Notes under the pieces: generated by a model
What the model saw: only the letters and a program-made list of their open reading frames with translations
The model's database searches: none
What the model was told of the DNA's origin: nothing
Source of the DNA: an uncultured delta proteobacterium
GTDB taxonomy: Bacteria > Myxococcota > Myxococcia > Myxococcales > Myxococcaceae
NCBI GenBank assembly: GCA_963713045.1
Contig: CAVQKE010000001.1
Coordinates: 64,001-128,000 of the forward strand
Length of the DNA: 64,000 nt
Direction: 5' to 3'
Shown: one piece after another, positions 38,808-49,838 of the stretch
Numbering within the stretch: the first letter of the stretch is position 1
Layout of the letters: every line of letters starts with the position of its first letter
Position numbers and translations under genes: made by a program

Positions 38808-39275
38808 CTAGGTGGCGGCCGCAGCCCGTTGAATCGCCCGGACGATGCGCACGTGCGTTCCGCAACGGCAGAGGTTGCCGGCGAGCTGGTCGCGTATCTC
38901 GTCCTCCGAGGGGCTCTTGTTCGAATCAAGGAGGGCCTTTGCCTGCATAATCATGCCGTTGATGCAGTAGCCGCATTGGACCGCTTGCTCCTCGATGAAG
39001 GCCTTTTGAAGCGGGTGCAGCTTCTCGGGAGTGCCCAGCCCCTCGAGAGTGAGGACGCGCTTCCCGACGACACTGGCCACTGGAGTCACGCAAGAGCGGA
39101 CGGCTGCACCGTTGACATGAACCGTGCACGCACCGCACTGCCCAAGGCCGCAGCCAAATCGCGGTCCGTGCAGCTCTAGGTCATTTCGAAGTGCGTAGAG
39201 GAGCGGCATCTGCGGGTCATCAATTCGGATTCTCGCAGTCTTGCCGTTGACATTTAGGGTGATGGTCATGGCCAT
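38808..39275 (-). CDS. (2Fe-2S)-binding subunit (IorA/CoxS-like)
   Basis: GCGLGQCGAC, QCGYC, NLCRCG. Confidence 0.95.
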   Translation of the reverse strand: MAMTITLNVNGKTARIRIDDPQMPLLYALRNDLELHGPRFGCGLGQCGACTVHVNGAAVRSCVTPVASVVGKRVLTLEGLGTPEKLHPLQKAFIEEQAVQCGYCINGMIMQAKALLDSNKSPSEDEIRDQLAGNLCRCGTHVRIVRAIQRAAAAT

Positions 39276-39607
39276 GGGCGCATCCCTCCCTCGATAGATG
39301 CCCGGTGACGCTAGGCAGCGCGCCGACGACTTTTCAATCAAGCGGGATTCCAATCGCACAACGCGATGCGTCCACTTGGCTGGCGGGAGGACCGCAACGG
39401 AAGCCGTCGACGGCGGTCGCTCGCGGGACTGCCACGTGGCCTTTCCGCAACCCCCGCTGGATAGGAAGTACTTCGAACGACCAAAGCAATTTCCAGTCAA
39501 TGTAGCTTAACGTCGCCTTTTTTTGCCTAAGTTTCGCCGCTCGACTTGATTTTCTCGTCGTGCGTAACCCAACCTGCTATTAAGGCTTTACACCTCCAAG
39601 GAGAACC

Positions 39608-39916
39608 ATGACCGTTCTTGATCTTTTGAAGGACCTGCTCCACCAGATGGAATCGTTGGTCGAGAGCAACGAGAAGCTTGAGCGCCGTCTGGGGGCTCTG
39701 AACGGTGTTTCCTACAAGACGAAGCGTGGTCCAGGTCGTCCACGCGGTTCAGGCAAGAAAGCCAGTTCCGGAAAGAAGCGCGGCCGTAAGAGCCGCTTCA
39801 CCTCCGAAATGATTGCCGACATCAAGAAGGCGCGGGCCAACGGAACCACCGTCGCAGAGCTGGCCAAGACACACAAGGCGAGCGGGCCGACGATTTACGC
39901 TCTTCTGCGAAAGTAA
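39608..39916 (+). CDS. Small basic putative DNA-binding protein (coiled coil + AT-hook + HTH)
   Basis: RBS AAGGAG; KRGPGRPRGS, KKRGRKSRF, TVAELAKTHKASGPTIYALL. Confidence 0.8.
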   Translation: MTVLDLLKDLLHQMESLVESNEKLERRLGALNGVSYKTKRGPGRPRGSGKKASSGKKRGRKSRFTSEMIADIKKARANGTTVAELAKTHKASGPTIYALLRK

Positions 39917-40067
39917 GCACCCTTCGGGGGGGGCCGCTGCCGCCGCGACGGGGCGAATGCGTGAGCCGCGCCAAGGGCCAGTCGCACTCCGTGTCCGGCC
40001 TTGCAGCGTCCGCGGCTCACGGAGGATGGTGGCACCGAAGGCGTCCTCGACGCGCTGGGTTTGTGAG

Positions 40068-40141
40068 CGCGCCCGGAGGGAATCGAACCCCCGACCTTCG
40101 GATTCGAAGTCCGACGCTCTATCCGATTGAGCTACGGGCGC
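40068..40141 (-). tRNA. tRNA-Arg (TCG)
   Basis: GCGCCCGTAGCTCAATCGGATAGAGC...loop CTTCGAA...GGTTCGATTCC...CGGGCGCG; no CCA. Confidence 0.97.
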
Positions 40142-40422
40142 TTGAGAAAACGCTTTGTCTGTCCGGCCCGAACTGAGAGAGCACCGGTGGAGCAGAGATA
40201 TCGCTCTTGGCCTTGGTCGTCTAGGGCATGCGCCCGCTGCAAGGAAGCAGCTCTCGCGGTTTGTCGTGGCGTCCGCTCATCACTCCGTCCGAGAACGCCG
40301 TCTTGCAGATGGCCCGGTCCCGACCAGTCCGACAGACGCCTGATTGCACGGGACATTGTTCGACGTACTCCGATGGGGGCACTCGTCCCTGAGTCCAGGC
40401 CATTCGCCGGCTGAAATGACTG

Positions 40423-43236
40423 TCACGGCTGAGGCGCACACGCCGTGTCGGTGACAGTCTCGATTGCAATGGCAGTCAGCGCTGCGCAGTAGTCGAGATC
40501 GATGTTCTCCAGCGTGTCATGGGTGTCGTGGTAGCCTTTACGGCTGATGTCATAATTCTCCATAAACAGCACAACAGGAATTCCGAGGTCTGAAAGAATC
40601 TGCCCATCTGTGTTGAACAGCGCCGAGCGTGGCTCCCACTCGACCCGCACTTCGCCGTGCAGCGCCAAGTGAGCAAATAGCGGCGGCGGCGGGTAAGGCG
40701 GCGCGTCCTTGACTCGCTGCGCACGGCCGGCGCGTGCGCGAACGGGCTCACGGTTTAACCGGTCGACCAAGCGGTTCCATCGCAAGTTCGCGCGATGTGC
40801 GCGACGCGCTAAGCGGGCTGAGGCCGCACCTTCGCCAGATGCGATCTGGAAAACATCGCGATCGCGATCTGCGTTGTGGCCAATCATGTCGAGTACGAAC
40901 GCGCCGACCACGCGAACGGCGGACACGTCGCGGGCACCCCCGTCCTCGGCGGTAAAGCTCAGGCGGTGCTCAACGAGCGCCTGGCACAGCGCACGCGCAC
41001 CCATGCAGTCTGCCGGGAACTCCTCTCCAGTGAGGTGGACGAGCCAGACGTCGCGGGCGAGTTTTCCGGCTCGGGCAAGCGGGAGCAACTGTTCTGCCGC
41101 AAGCAGCAGCGCAGTCGTCGCCGAGTGGTTGTCATCCGCGCCGCACGCCGGGGCCCGGAGAGCATCACCGCCGCTCTCTGGGTAGTAGACATCTTCCATG
41201 TAGGCCGTGTCGTAGTGATCGGCCATGATGACCGCTTCGCTGCGGTTCGCCCCCGGTATCACAACGACGATGTTGCGCTCATTCGGCGCCTGCTGGTTCT
41301 TGGCCCAGCCCTCCATCCAAGGGAACTCGAAATCGGTCTCCCATCGGAAGACGTGGTCGACCACTTCAGCACGCCCGGACATGCCGTGCCTGGCGATGAG
41401 GTCGCGGTAGCACGCATGTAGGTACTCACCGAGCGCTTCGAGCTCGCGACGCATGTGGCATTTCACGTGCGCGAGCGCCCCCGGAGCTCCACCGCACTTC
41501 CCCCGGTTCACGCGAATTCCGTCCGCGTCGTTCTTCTGGCGGAACTGGTGTGCAAGCGTTGCAATCGAGGTCCAGAGTTCCTCCTCAAAAGCGCGCGTCC
41601 CAAACTGCTCCAGCACCACTGCTGGCCCAGGGTCTTCGTCAGGCGCGAGGCTCGCGCGCAGTGTCGTCGCCAGGCGTGCCCCCGCGTGGCAATCCGACGC
41701 ATGTCCCTGAAGCTTCCCAATCCAGTCTTCGAGAGAGACCTCTTTGCCAAGATGAACCACCGCACGAGCGAAGCTGCGCGGGAGGGGCGTCCGCAACGAC
41801 TCCGCCGCCTCAAGAAGCTTGCGCACGTTGTGACTCGTGGTGTGGCGCGCGCGTTCTCGGTCGCGTTCGAAGAAGCGTGCAGCCGCGTCGTGGGGGGACC
41901 GACTCAGCAGACGGGGAGTGAGTCGCAACGTTGGCACCCCGTCGGCTTCGGCGGTCGCATAACCCAGCGGTCCAGCGGTGAAGCGTCCTGCACCTGCGCG
42001 GGCGACCAGCGGTAGGTGCCAAAACACCTCGCGCAGGCCGGCCCGCATCGGCGGGTAGTACAAGCGGTAGCCAAAGCGGCCTCCGGCATCGACGACGGCG
42101 GCGGCGCGCTGAAGAGCTGCGCGATCGGCCCGCGGCCCGTCAAGCAGGAGCTTATAGTCCTCCGTCCAAATCTGCGAATTGCGCGCGAGCGGCTTGTCGT
42201 AGAGACCGATTGCCTCCGGGTCTGTCGAAAACAGCGCGACCGACACCTTGTCCGTGTACATGCCATCGCCGTGGATACCCGCATCGCGCGCCACTCGCTG
42301 CCAGCGATGCGTACGGGTAACGTGGGAAACGACACGATGTCCATGCGGGCTTCGTCCCGTGACGGGATCGAATTCATCCAGCCAGCCTGACTGCGGGATA
42401 CGAATCGCACAGCTTCCCTCCACCCGCGGGAACAAATGGAGCAGCGGAATCTGCGCCGCACGTGGCAGCTCGCGCCCGAGCGCGCGGTACCGCGGATGCT
42501 CGAACAAGACGAGACTCGCCGGGGAGGGAACTAGAACGAGCTCGCCGCTGAGATAGGCCTTCCGCACCCCAGTTGGCAGCTGAGCGAACGGCTCGAATGT
42601 CACGAGCGTCCGGATAGACTTCAGAGGGCCGCCAACCAGGAGGCGCCCGCGCAGAGCGGCTGGCAACTGCTCCGGCTGTGCGAGAATCCGCCAGGCGTCA
42701 TCGAGCCCCGCCCAGCCGAGCAGTTTGGCTAGTTTCGCCTCATCAAGCCCATTCCAAAACGGGGCCCCAGCCGGTTCATGGCTGGCACCAAAGAGAGTCC
42801 AGGGGTTGTTGCCCTTGTCATCCTGGGTACGCGACAAGGCGATTGGACAGACGACCACCAGCGGATCATGCGATAGCTTTCCGGCATTCGCTGCGTCAGC
42901 GAGCTCGCCCGGCCACGCCGGGTTGCCTTCGAGCAGCGTCCGCGAAACTGCGCGTGTCTGGCCGCGAACGAGTCTCCCGAATTCGGAGAGCAAGTGGTCG
43001 GCAATGCGCTCGAGGCCGGGCTCGAGGTCGTGCGCTTGCTCATACTCATCAATGTCGAGGGCGTCAGCGCCGGTTACTGCGAACGATGTCGGCGCATCGG
43101 CGCAATCTGGCGCGTAGGGCTTGATGCCGACGTACGGCGGCGGCATGAACTCCGAATATGCTCGCAGCGGGAAGCGCCGCGTTGTGTGAAAGGCGTCTCG
43201 GGCTTCAGCCTCAATCTGTTCCCAGGCGTCGCTCAT
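40423..43236 (-). CDS. Large protein: unknown N-terminal region + C-terminal M28 metallopeptidase domain
   Basis: ADHYDT, GADDNHSA, TGEEF, LDMIG, YHDTHD zinc-binding motifs in the last ~330 aa. Confidence 0.85.
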   Translation of the reverse strand: MSDAWEQIEAEARDAFHTTRRFPLRAYSEFMPPPYVGIKPYAPDCADAPTSFAVTGADALDIDEYEQAHDLEPGLERIADHLLSEFGRLVRGQTRAVSRTLLEGNPAWPGELADAANAGKLSHDPLVVVCPIALSRTQDDKGNNPWTLFGASHEPAGAPFWNGLDEAKLAKLLGWAGLDDAWRILAQPEQLPAALRGRLLVGGPLKSIRTLVTFEPFAQLPTGVRKAYLSGELVLVPSPASLVLFEHPRYRALGRELPRAAQIPLLHLFPRVEGSCAIRIPQSGWLDEFDPVTGRSPHGHRVVSHVTRTHRWQRVARDAGIHGDGMYTDKVSVALFSTDPEAIGLYDKPLARNSQIWTEDYKLLLDGPRADRAALQRAAAVVDAGGRFGYRLYYPPMRAGLREVFWHLPLVARAGAGRFTAGPLGYATAEADGVPTLRLTPRLLSRSPHDAAARFFERDRERARHTTSHNVRKLLEAAESLRTPLPRSFARAVVHLGKEVSLEDWIGKLQGHASDCHAGARLATTLRASLAPDEDPGPAVVLEQFGTRAFEEELWTSIATLAHQFRQKNDADGIRVNRGKCGGAPGALAHVKCHMRRELEALGEYLHACYRDLIARHGMSGRAEVVDHVFRWETDFEFPWMEGWAKNQQAPNERNIVVVIPGANRSEAVIMADHYDTAYMEDVYYPESGGDALRAPACGADDNHSATTALLLAAEQLLPLARAGKLARDVWLVHLTGEEFPADCMGARALCQALVEHRLSFTAEDGGARDVSAVRVVGAFVLDMIGHNADRDRDVFQIASGEGAASARLARRAHRANLRWNRLVDRLNREPVRARAGRAQRVKDAPPYPPPPLFAHLALHGEVRVEWEPRSALFNTDGQILSDLGIPVVLFMENYDISRKGYHDTHDTLENIDLDYCAALTAIAIETVTDTACAPQP

Positions 43237-43266
43237 TACCCCGACTGTACGCTAGGCTTGGCTGGC

Positions 43267-43857
43267 GTGGCGGCCACTGCCAGGTTCCGAATCGTCTGGA
43301 ACACCGACATCGGCGAGCTGGTCGCGGCCGAACCTCAGCTGTCGGATGTTCCCACCCACGCCGCCGAGTTGGCGAGCGGTTACAACGATCCGGAAAACGC
43401 GCCTCTCATGGGACATATCAACGCCTTCTCCGAGGCGGACGTCGTCGCGCACTACCAATCGCTGCTCGTGGAGGGTGGCCGACCATTTCTTCTCTATCTC
43501 GACGGTAAACTTGTCGGGGATGCCGACCTGCGCTGCTTTCGAGACGGAGCCGCGGAGTTCGCGTTCATGATTGCTGCGCGTGATCAACAGGGGAAAGGCC
43601 TCGGCACAAAGTTCGCGCTCATGGTCCACGCATTCGCCTTCACCACGCTAGGGCTCGAACGAGTCTACGCGTCGATTGTTCCTGAGAACCGTGCGTCCCG
43701 CCGCGTATTCGAAAAACTCGGCTACACGCTCGACCACAGCGCCGAGGCACGATCATTTGCGGACGAAGCGGGTGATGTCATGCTGGTAATCGACCGCGCG
43801 ACATTTGAACGAGCAAACGTCGCGAAGCTCGGGCAGCTCTGCATCACTCCATCTTAA
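43267..43857 (+). CDS. GNAT N-acetyltransferase (RimJ/RimL-like)
   Basis: QGKGLG, ENRASRRVFEKLGY; start approximate. Confidence 0.85.
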   Translation: MAATARFRIVWNTDIGELVAAEPQLSDVPTHAAELASGYNDPENAPLMGHINAFSEADVVAHYQSLLVEGGRPFLLYLDGKLVGDADLRCFRDGAAEFAFMIAARDQQGKGLGTKFALMVHAFAFTTLGLERVYASIVPENRASRRVFEKLGYTLDHSAEARSFADEAGDVMLVIDRATFERANVAKLGQLCITPS

Positions 43858-44168
43858 CTAGAATCCGAAGCGTCGCGTTCAAACCCGCGCGCGAGCAAGT
43901 GGTTCAGGCGCACAAGAGGACATCGGCGGCGCTCTCCGTGGTGGCCCGGCAACGCCATCGCCTGGTGGACATTCGGCCCAAAGCGGAGGAGGAGTCAGAG
44001 CGGGGAACTTGGATTCCACTCTTGGCCGAATCGTTAGAGCCTCACATGACGTTCTAGTCCTCGGCGTGGCAGCCTACCGGTGTGCCACTACCTCAGCTCC
44101 TGGTCGTGGTTCGAGGCGCTCAACGGCGGCAAGGGTGTCATCAAGGCGTTTTGCGACGTCAATCCGTT

Positions 44169-46242
44169 ATGAGGAAGCCTTCGCCAAAGAGAATGCCGCT
44201 TGTCGTCGGACGGGAGACGTGCCGGGACTACGCCAAATCGTCGCGCCTCGAGTGGTTGGAAACCAATGGGACGGGCGCCTTCGCGATGGGAACGGCGGCG
44301 GGAGCAAACACCCGGCGGTACCACGGGCTTCTCGTTGCCAGCCTCCGGCCACCCGTCGACCGGGTGGTCACGCTGTCACGCTTGGAAGAAACACTGCTCG
44401 GGCCGTCCGGAGACGTCCCGCTCGCAACCAACCAGTACCCGGGGACCCTCTACCCGAAGGGCTTCGAGCTCCTCACCCAATTTCGTCTCGAGCCGTGCCC
44501 GACGTGGGAATTTCAAGTCGGAGACGCGCGCATCGAGCGCCGGCTGTTCCTGGTCCCGGGACAACAGACGGTTGTGATGCTCTACCGGAGTGACCGACCC
44601 GTTCGTCTGCGCGTCGAACCGCTGTTCGCATTTCGCGACTACCACGCTCTTGCCCATCGAAACGATGGAGTCGATGCGGCAGTCAGCGAACAAGCAGCCA
44701 ACGACGTGCGACAACTCACATTCCGTCCTTACCCGGGCCTGCCGCCAATTTCTCTCTACCATCCTGGCGAGTCCTTCACGCTCGCCCCCGCGTGGCGCGA
44801 AAATGTCGAGTACTTGGAGGAACTCGACCGGGGCCTGGATTTTCGAGAGGACCTCTTTCTTCCCGGTGGCTTCATCCTCGACGTTCGACCACAGCGCTTT
44901 GGCTGGGTAGTAGCCACTCTCGAAAACTCCTCGGCGCAGGACGCTGCCACCGTCCTAGGTCTGGAAAAGGCCATGATGGCGCGCCGGAGCCGAGCCGAGG
45001 ACCCGGTGAGCATGTGTCTCGGCGGCGCTGCGGAGCAGTTCTCCGTGTCCAGGGCGGACCTTTCACCCACCATCATCGCCGGGTACCCCTGGTTCACCGA
45101 CTGGGGCGAGACACGATGATTGCTTTGCCCGGCCTGCTCATCGCGCAGGGGAAGCTCGCCGTCGCGCGCCAGGTCTTGGAGGGGTTTCTGCGCTGTCTCG
45201 ACGGCGGCCTCGTCCCCAACCGGTTTCCCGACCAGGCTGGTCCGGCGGAATACAACACTGTCGACGCGACGCTCTGGATGTTTCAGGCGGTGCGGGCTGA
45301 CCTCACCGCTGGCGGCGACCGCACGTTCCTCAAGAACATCTTCTACCCTGCGGCTCGCGGCATCATCGCTGCCCACGTGCGTGGGACGCACCACGGGATT
45401 CACGTCGATGCCGAGGACGGGCTGCTCGTCGCCGGCGGACCAGGCGCCAACCTGACGTGGATGGACGCCCGCGTCGACGGCCGACCGGTGACGCCGCGGC
45501 ACGGAAAGCCGGTCGAGGTAAATGCCCTTTGGTACAACGCCCTGAGGTTGATGGAACGCTGGGCGACCGACGTCGGCGGGCCGCTGGAAGCCGCCGAGTA
45601 CCGTGGTTTGGCCGACCGAGTCGAGCTGTCGTTTTCAGAGCTCTTTTGGAATCCAGCTCGGAATTGCCTTTACGACGTCGATTCTCCCCGAAGGCCCCGA
45701 TGGCCGGGTGCGCCCCAATCAACTGTTGGCGCTCAGTCTTCCGTTTCCCCTCCTCGACGAGACGCGCCGCCTTTCCGTCCTCCGCACGGTGGAGTCGGAT
45801 TCTGCTCACGCCGGTGGGACTCCGGACGTTGGCACCGGGAGAAGCGGGCTACCAACCGCGCTACCGCGGAGGTCCCGCAGAGCGCGACGCCGCCTACCAC
45901 CAAGGTCTGGTCTGGCCCTGGCTGCTGGGACCCTTCGTCGATGCCTACCTCGTCATTCACGGCAGCAGTGAGGCGACGCGGGCCCACTGTCGGACACTGT
46001 TGCGCGGCCTCGAGGCGCACCTCATGGAAGAGGCGTGCCTGGGCTCGGTCTCGGAATGCTTCGAGGCAGAGGCGCCGTTTCGCCCGGTCGGTGCCCCGGC
46101 TCAGGCGTGGAGCGTCGCTGAGCTGCTTCGTTTACGGAATCAGGTGCTCGTCGAGCCCGTCAACGAGGCGAAGGCGACCGCAATCCCGTGGAAGGGCATC
46201 CTCGCCTCGGTGGGAGTGGCAGGCTTCGGACGATTCCAATGA
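44169..46242 (+). CDS. Amylo-alpha-1,6-glucosidase (glycogen debranching enzyme family), three frameshifts
   Basis: EWLETNGTG, TRRYHGLL, IIAGYPWFTDWG/RDTMIALPG, TWMDA, GKPVEVNALWYNAL, RPNQL, AYHQG, AQAWSVAE across shifts at ~45105, ~45680 and ~45800. Confidence 0.88.
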
Positions 46243-47049
46243 AGTGGACCACGGCGCATTTCGCGGAATATGCAATCGAAGCAGTCTTGCTCGCAGTGTT
46301 TATGGTTTCAGCTTGCGGCTTCGGTGTGCTCCTGGAGCATCCGAGCTCACCCGTGCATCAGACTCTGCGCGACCCCACACTGCGTCGCGCCCTGATGGGA
46401 TTGGCCATGGGCACACACGGCCGTTCTCCTCATCTATTCACCCTGGGGCGCCCGGTCCGGGGCGCATTTCAATCCGTCGGTCACCGCCGTCTTCTATGCA
46501 CTCGGTAGAATCTCGGGCCGCGACGCTGTTGCGTACATCGGAGCCCAATTCGTTGGGGGCGTTGCAGGTGTCCAGCTCGCAAAGGCCTTGCTCGGTGAGC
46601 GGCTAGCGCACTCCTCAGTGGGTTACGTGCGGACTCAGCCGGGGTGGGTGCTGCCTTCGCCGCCGAGATTCTCATCTCGGCGCTGTTGATGGCCACCGTC
46701 GTGGGGCTCACCGGCACGAAGCTGGCGCGCTGGACGGGTGTCGTTTGCGCTGGTGGTGTTGTTTATCACCTTTGAGGCGCCCTTCTCTGGCATGAGTATG
46801 AATCCTGCCCGGTCCTTTGCTTCGGCCGCGGGAGCGGGTACGTTGCATTTGCTCTGGCTCTATTTCGTCGCCCCACCCCTCGGAATGGCGTTGGGTGCGA
46901 CAATGGCTCTCGGGCTGCGTGCTGCGCCCGCCTGTCCCAAGCTTCACCACCCCGACAGCCAGCCCTGCATTTTCTGCGGCCACCTCCCTCCAGGGGCCCA
47001 GTCAACGCGCGTGCGGGCAGCGTCGGCCAGCCGGGAAGTGACGCCATGA
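46239..47049 (+). CDS. Aquaporin (MIP family), frameshifted
   Basis: SGAHFNPS and SMNPARS motifs, C-terminal CPKLHH...CIFC; shifts at ~46415, ~46645 and ~46750; ATGA coupling on both sides. Confidence 0.82.
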
Positions 47050-47537
47050 CGCTGCTCCGAGGTCTCGTTCCCATTCTACTTTTGGTTGCCACTTCGACTG
47101 GACAGGGAGGCGGCCTCCCGACGAAGAAGGTCATCACGCTTCAAGTTGCGAAGCGCATCGCTGAGGCAGCCGAGGCGGAGGCCGAGCGCCGGAAATCGAC
47201 CGTCGTGGTGGCGATAGTCGATGATGGCGGCTATCTCCTTGTGCTTCATCGCCTTGACGACACGCAGGTAGCGAGCGTGGAGGTTGGCATCGGGAAAGCG
47301 CGTACGGCAGCGATTTTTCGCCGACCGAGCAGAGCCTTCGAGGAGCAGACTCGAGAGGGTCGGGTGGCAGCCCTTGCGCTCCCGGGAGCAACACCGCTCC
47401 AAGGTGGAATTCCCCTCGTCTACGAAGGCAAAGTCATCGGTGCCATCGGGGTGAGTGGAAATACGCCACAGGAAGACGAGGACATCGCCAAGGTCGGGGC
47501 CGCGGCCTTGGAAGCTGCGATTCTAGCTGTGAAGTAG
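47046..47537 (+). CDS. GlcG/HbpS family heme-binding protein
   Basis: AIVDDGG, KARTAA, GGIPL..GKVIGAIGVSG...DEDIA. Confidence 0.92.
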   Translation: MTLLRGLVPILLLVATSTGQGGGLPTKKVITLQVAKRIAEAAEAEAERRKSTVVVAIVDDGGYLLVLHRLDDTQVASVEVGIGKARTAAIFRRPSRAFEEQTREGRVAALALPGATPLQGGIPLVYEGKVIGAIGVSGNTPQEDEDIAKVGAAALEAAILAVK

Positions 47538-47847
47538 TTATGCACGCGCTTCCGCCCTCCTGCCACACGGGGGTGGAAGGACGTCTTTCGGGCCCGTCTC
47601 TAAGCGGTGCTGGGGGCGTGCGTCCTTCAGAGGGTCCTCCGCCACGCGTAGCGCCCCGGATTCGGTGCAGGAAAGCCCAGCCCAAGCGGCCGAAGCCCAA
47701 GGCGCGCGGGGCAGGGACTCCTGAATTCACCCGTGGAGCGGCACGCGGACTGCGGGGTGCGCCAGCGTCCAAACGGGGGCGTGAGAGGAATTGCCACGCC
47801 GGAGCGTCATTAGGGGACAGTAGGACTCGCCTCTAGGGGGGCCACGT

Positions 47848-49311
47848 ATGTTCAGACGCATTGGTGTCTTCGGAGTCTTTCTCCTTTTCGGAGGTTGCGG
47901 CAGCACGCCAACCCCCTCGCAAACCACCCCCACCGCGACGGACATCCCCGGCGAGTGTGAGCGGCCCGCTCAGCACTAACCTCTCGGCGCTGGCCCAGAG
48001 CCTGAGCGGCCAATCTGCTCTTGCCGCCCACGCCGCCGCGCTGGCACTGCAGGCCGGTGTCCAAGCTGAGCAGGTGACGCTCACCGCGAGTGAGGATGCC
48101 CTGGCGGCCCCCGGCGGTGCGGCCAGCGACGCACTCCCGTCGCAGCGGCGCGGTGAGCATGGGGGGTTTCGCCTCCGCCTACGGATTCCAACTGACCATC
48201 CTAAACCAGCCCGCCAACTCAGGGCCTTCCGTCTACTCTGGCGTCCTGGCCTACTACGACCAATACGACTATGTGCTCGTCCAGGGCGAATATGGTGGGG
48301 GCGCAGCGGAAGTCGCAATTCCCTCCCCAGCCATTGGGCTCATCGAGGTGTCAGGCACCAGCGGGGGTTTTATGGGTGGCGAGTGCGGGGCAGGAGGTCG
48401 CAGAAATCGGCACGCAGTCTGGCTCTTGTAATACCCTTCCCGCCTCCATCACCACCTGCAACAAGGCCAGTTTCACCACTGCCGGTTTTAACATTACGGC
48501 CTCGATGCTGTTCTCCGGCGGGAATCCCTCGAGGCTGGCCGCCCTGCCCAACGTCACCAACCCCCCCCTCCCGGGAGTCGCCCTCACCGTCGACTGTTCC
48601 CTACCGGCAGCGGCGACGGTGTGTGGCGTAAGTACTTCGACTTCCGTCTCCATCCACCGCGTCTCGATCCAGCGCAACGGTAGCGCCGGGCGGCACCTAC
48701 CAGTTCGAAGCGTATGTGACTGGGACGTCGGCTCAGGTGATGTGGACCGTTACAGGGGGGACCCGAACCGGGAATGGTGTCGCAGACGGCGAGCGGCTCA
48801 ACCACAACGTACACAGCGCCGTCCACCCCGGGCGGCCCCTACACCGTCACGGCGACCGTCGGCGGCAAGTCCAGCTCGGCCGACTGTGAACGTAGCGGAG
48901 CCGGCGCCCAGCTTTCTGGGTTATTGGGAGGGAAGCTATTCCATTACCGACAGCTTGACGCCACCCGTCACGGCGTCGGGAACTGACACCACGTTCCCCA
49001 TCAACCAGTCAGGGAGTGGCCTTAGCTTCGGCTTTCTCTGTGCTTCGCCTGGGCTGCAAGCGACTCAAACTTCTGCAACAACCTTTACAATCGTTAACAG
49101 CACGTGCGGACTCGCTGTAACACCCCCAGGCTGCCCGGGAGCCACGCTCACCTTGACCGGTGGTACGGGGACTCTCACTTACTCCGCAACGATCGCCAAT
49201 TATGTGCTCACCCTGACTGACCTTCAGGGCACCAGCAACGGTTTATTCGGGACTCCGTGCAGCGAGCAGACCGGCTTCACGGGGGGTACATTTACCGGAA
49301 ACCCTGACTAA
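47848..49311 (+). pseudogene. Ser/Thr/Gly-rich surface lipoprotein with multiple frameshifts
   Basis: MFRRIGVFGVFLLFGGC lipoprotein signal; the coding-like sequence continues through several frames (GFQLTILNQ..., TTTYTAPSTPGGPYTVTATVGG, GYWEGSYSI) to a stop at 49311. Confidence 0.6.
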
Positions 49312-49817
49312 CCCATAGAGCCAAGCGCGCACCCAAGGCCCGACATGCTGGAAGGCCAGCACGAAGGCGAGGAAGTGCACCCATCAGGCGAGCCCCGCAC
49401 CGAGCGGCGGGTTCGGTCAGATGTTCTGGAAAGCGGAGGCCGCCAGAGAATTGGCAGAGAAGGGCTCCCGTCGGGGACAGGAGAGCCGGCGGAGGGATTC
49501 GAGAACGCCAGCGAGGCGCGGAGCCCTTCGGCGGAGCGGTTCGACGTCGCGAGACTGCGCGAGGCGCTGGGGTCGGCTGCGGCCACGAGGCCTTCGCGCT
49601 GAAAGCCGGCTCTCCGAAGCGCAACAGCACGATTTCCCGGGAGTGCGATCGACCCGGGTCGCGTGACGTCGGCTATGACGTCGACGTAGGCCGCATAAGC
49701 GGCGTAGCGCCTCGGAGTCACTGCCCGTCCCTTTGAGTTCTGAGTGGATTTCGCGAGTCGGGCGGGCGGCGGCCCAAGACATGGCCGTGGCGAGGATCAG
49801 GTTGCAGCTGCTCTCAG

Positions 49818-49834
49818 TAAGTGTATTACACTTA
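49818..49834. promoter_or_regulatory. Palindromic operator of the TA operon
   Basis: TAAGTGTA-T-TACACTTA perfect 8-bp arms, 4 bp before the toxin start. Confidence 0.65.
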
Positions 49835-49838
49835 TGAT

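Noticed and set aside
39276..39500. Possible Moco riboswitch or ModE box upstream of the molybdoenzyme genes
   Set aside because: Only a short palindrome ATCGCACAACGCGAT (39353-39367); it does not fit the ModE spacing or the Moco RNA consensus.
40236..40251. AAGGAAGCAGC resembling the SRP RNA motif
   Set aside because: Lacks the upstream CAGG half of the conserved helix; it forms only a simple GCTGC/GCAGC hairpin.
49308..49782. ORFs between the lipoprotein and the toxin
   Set aside because: No recognisable domain in any frame.
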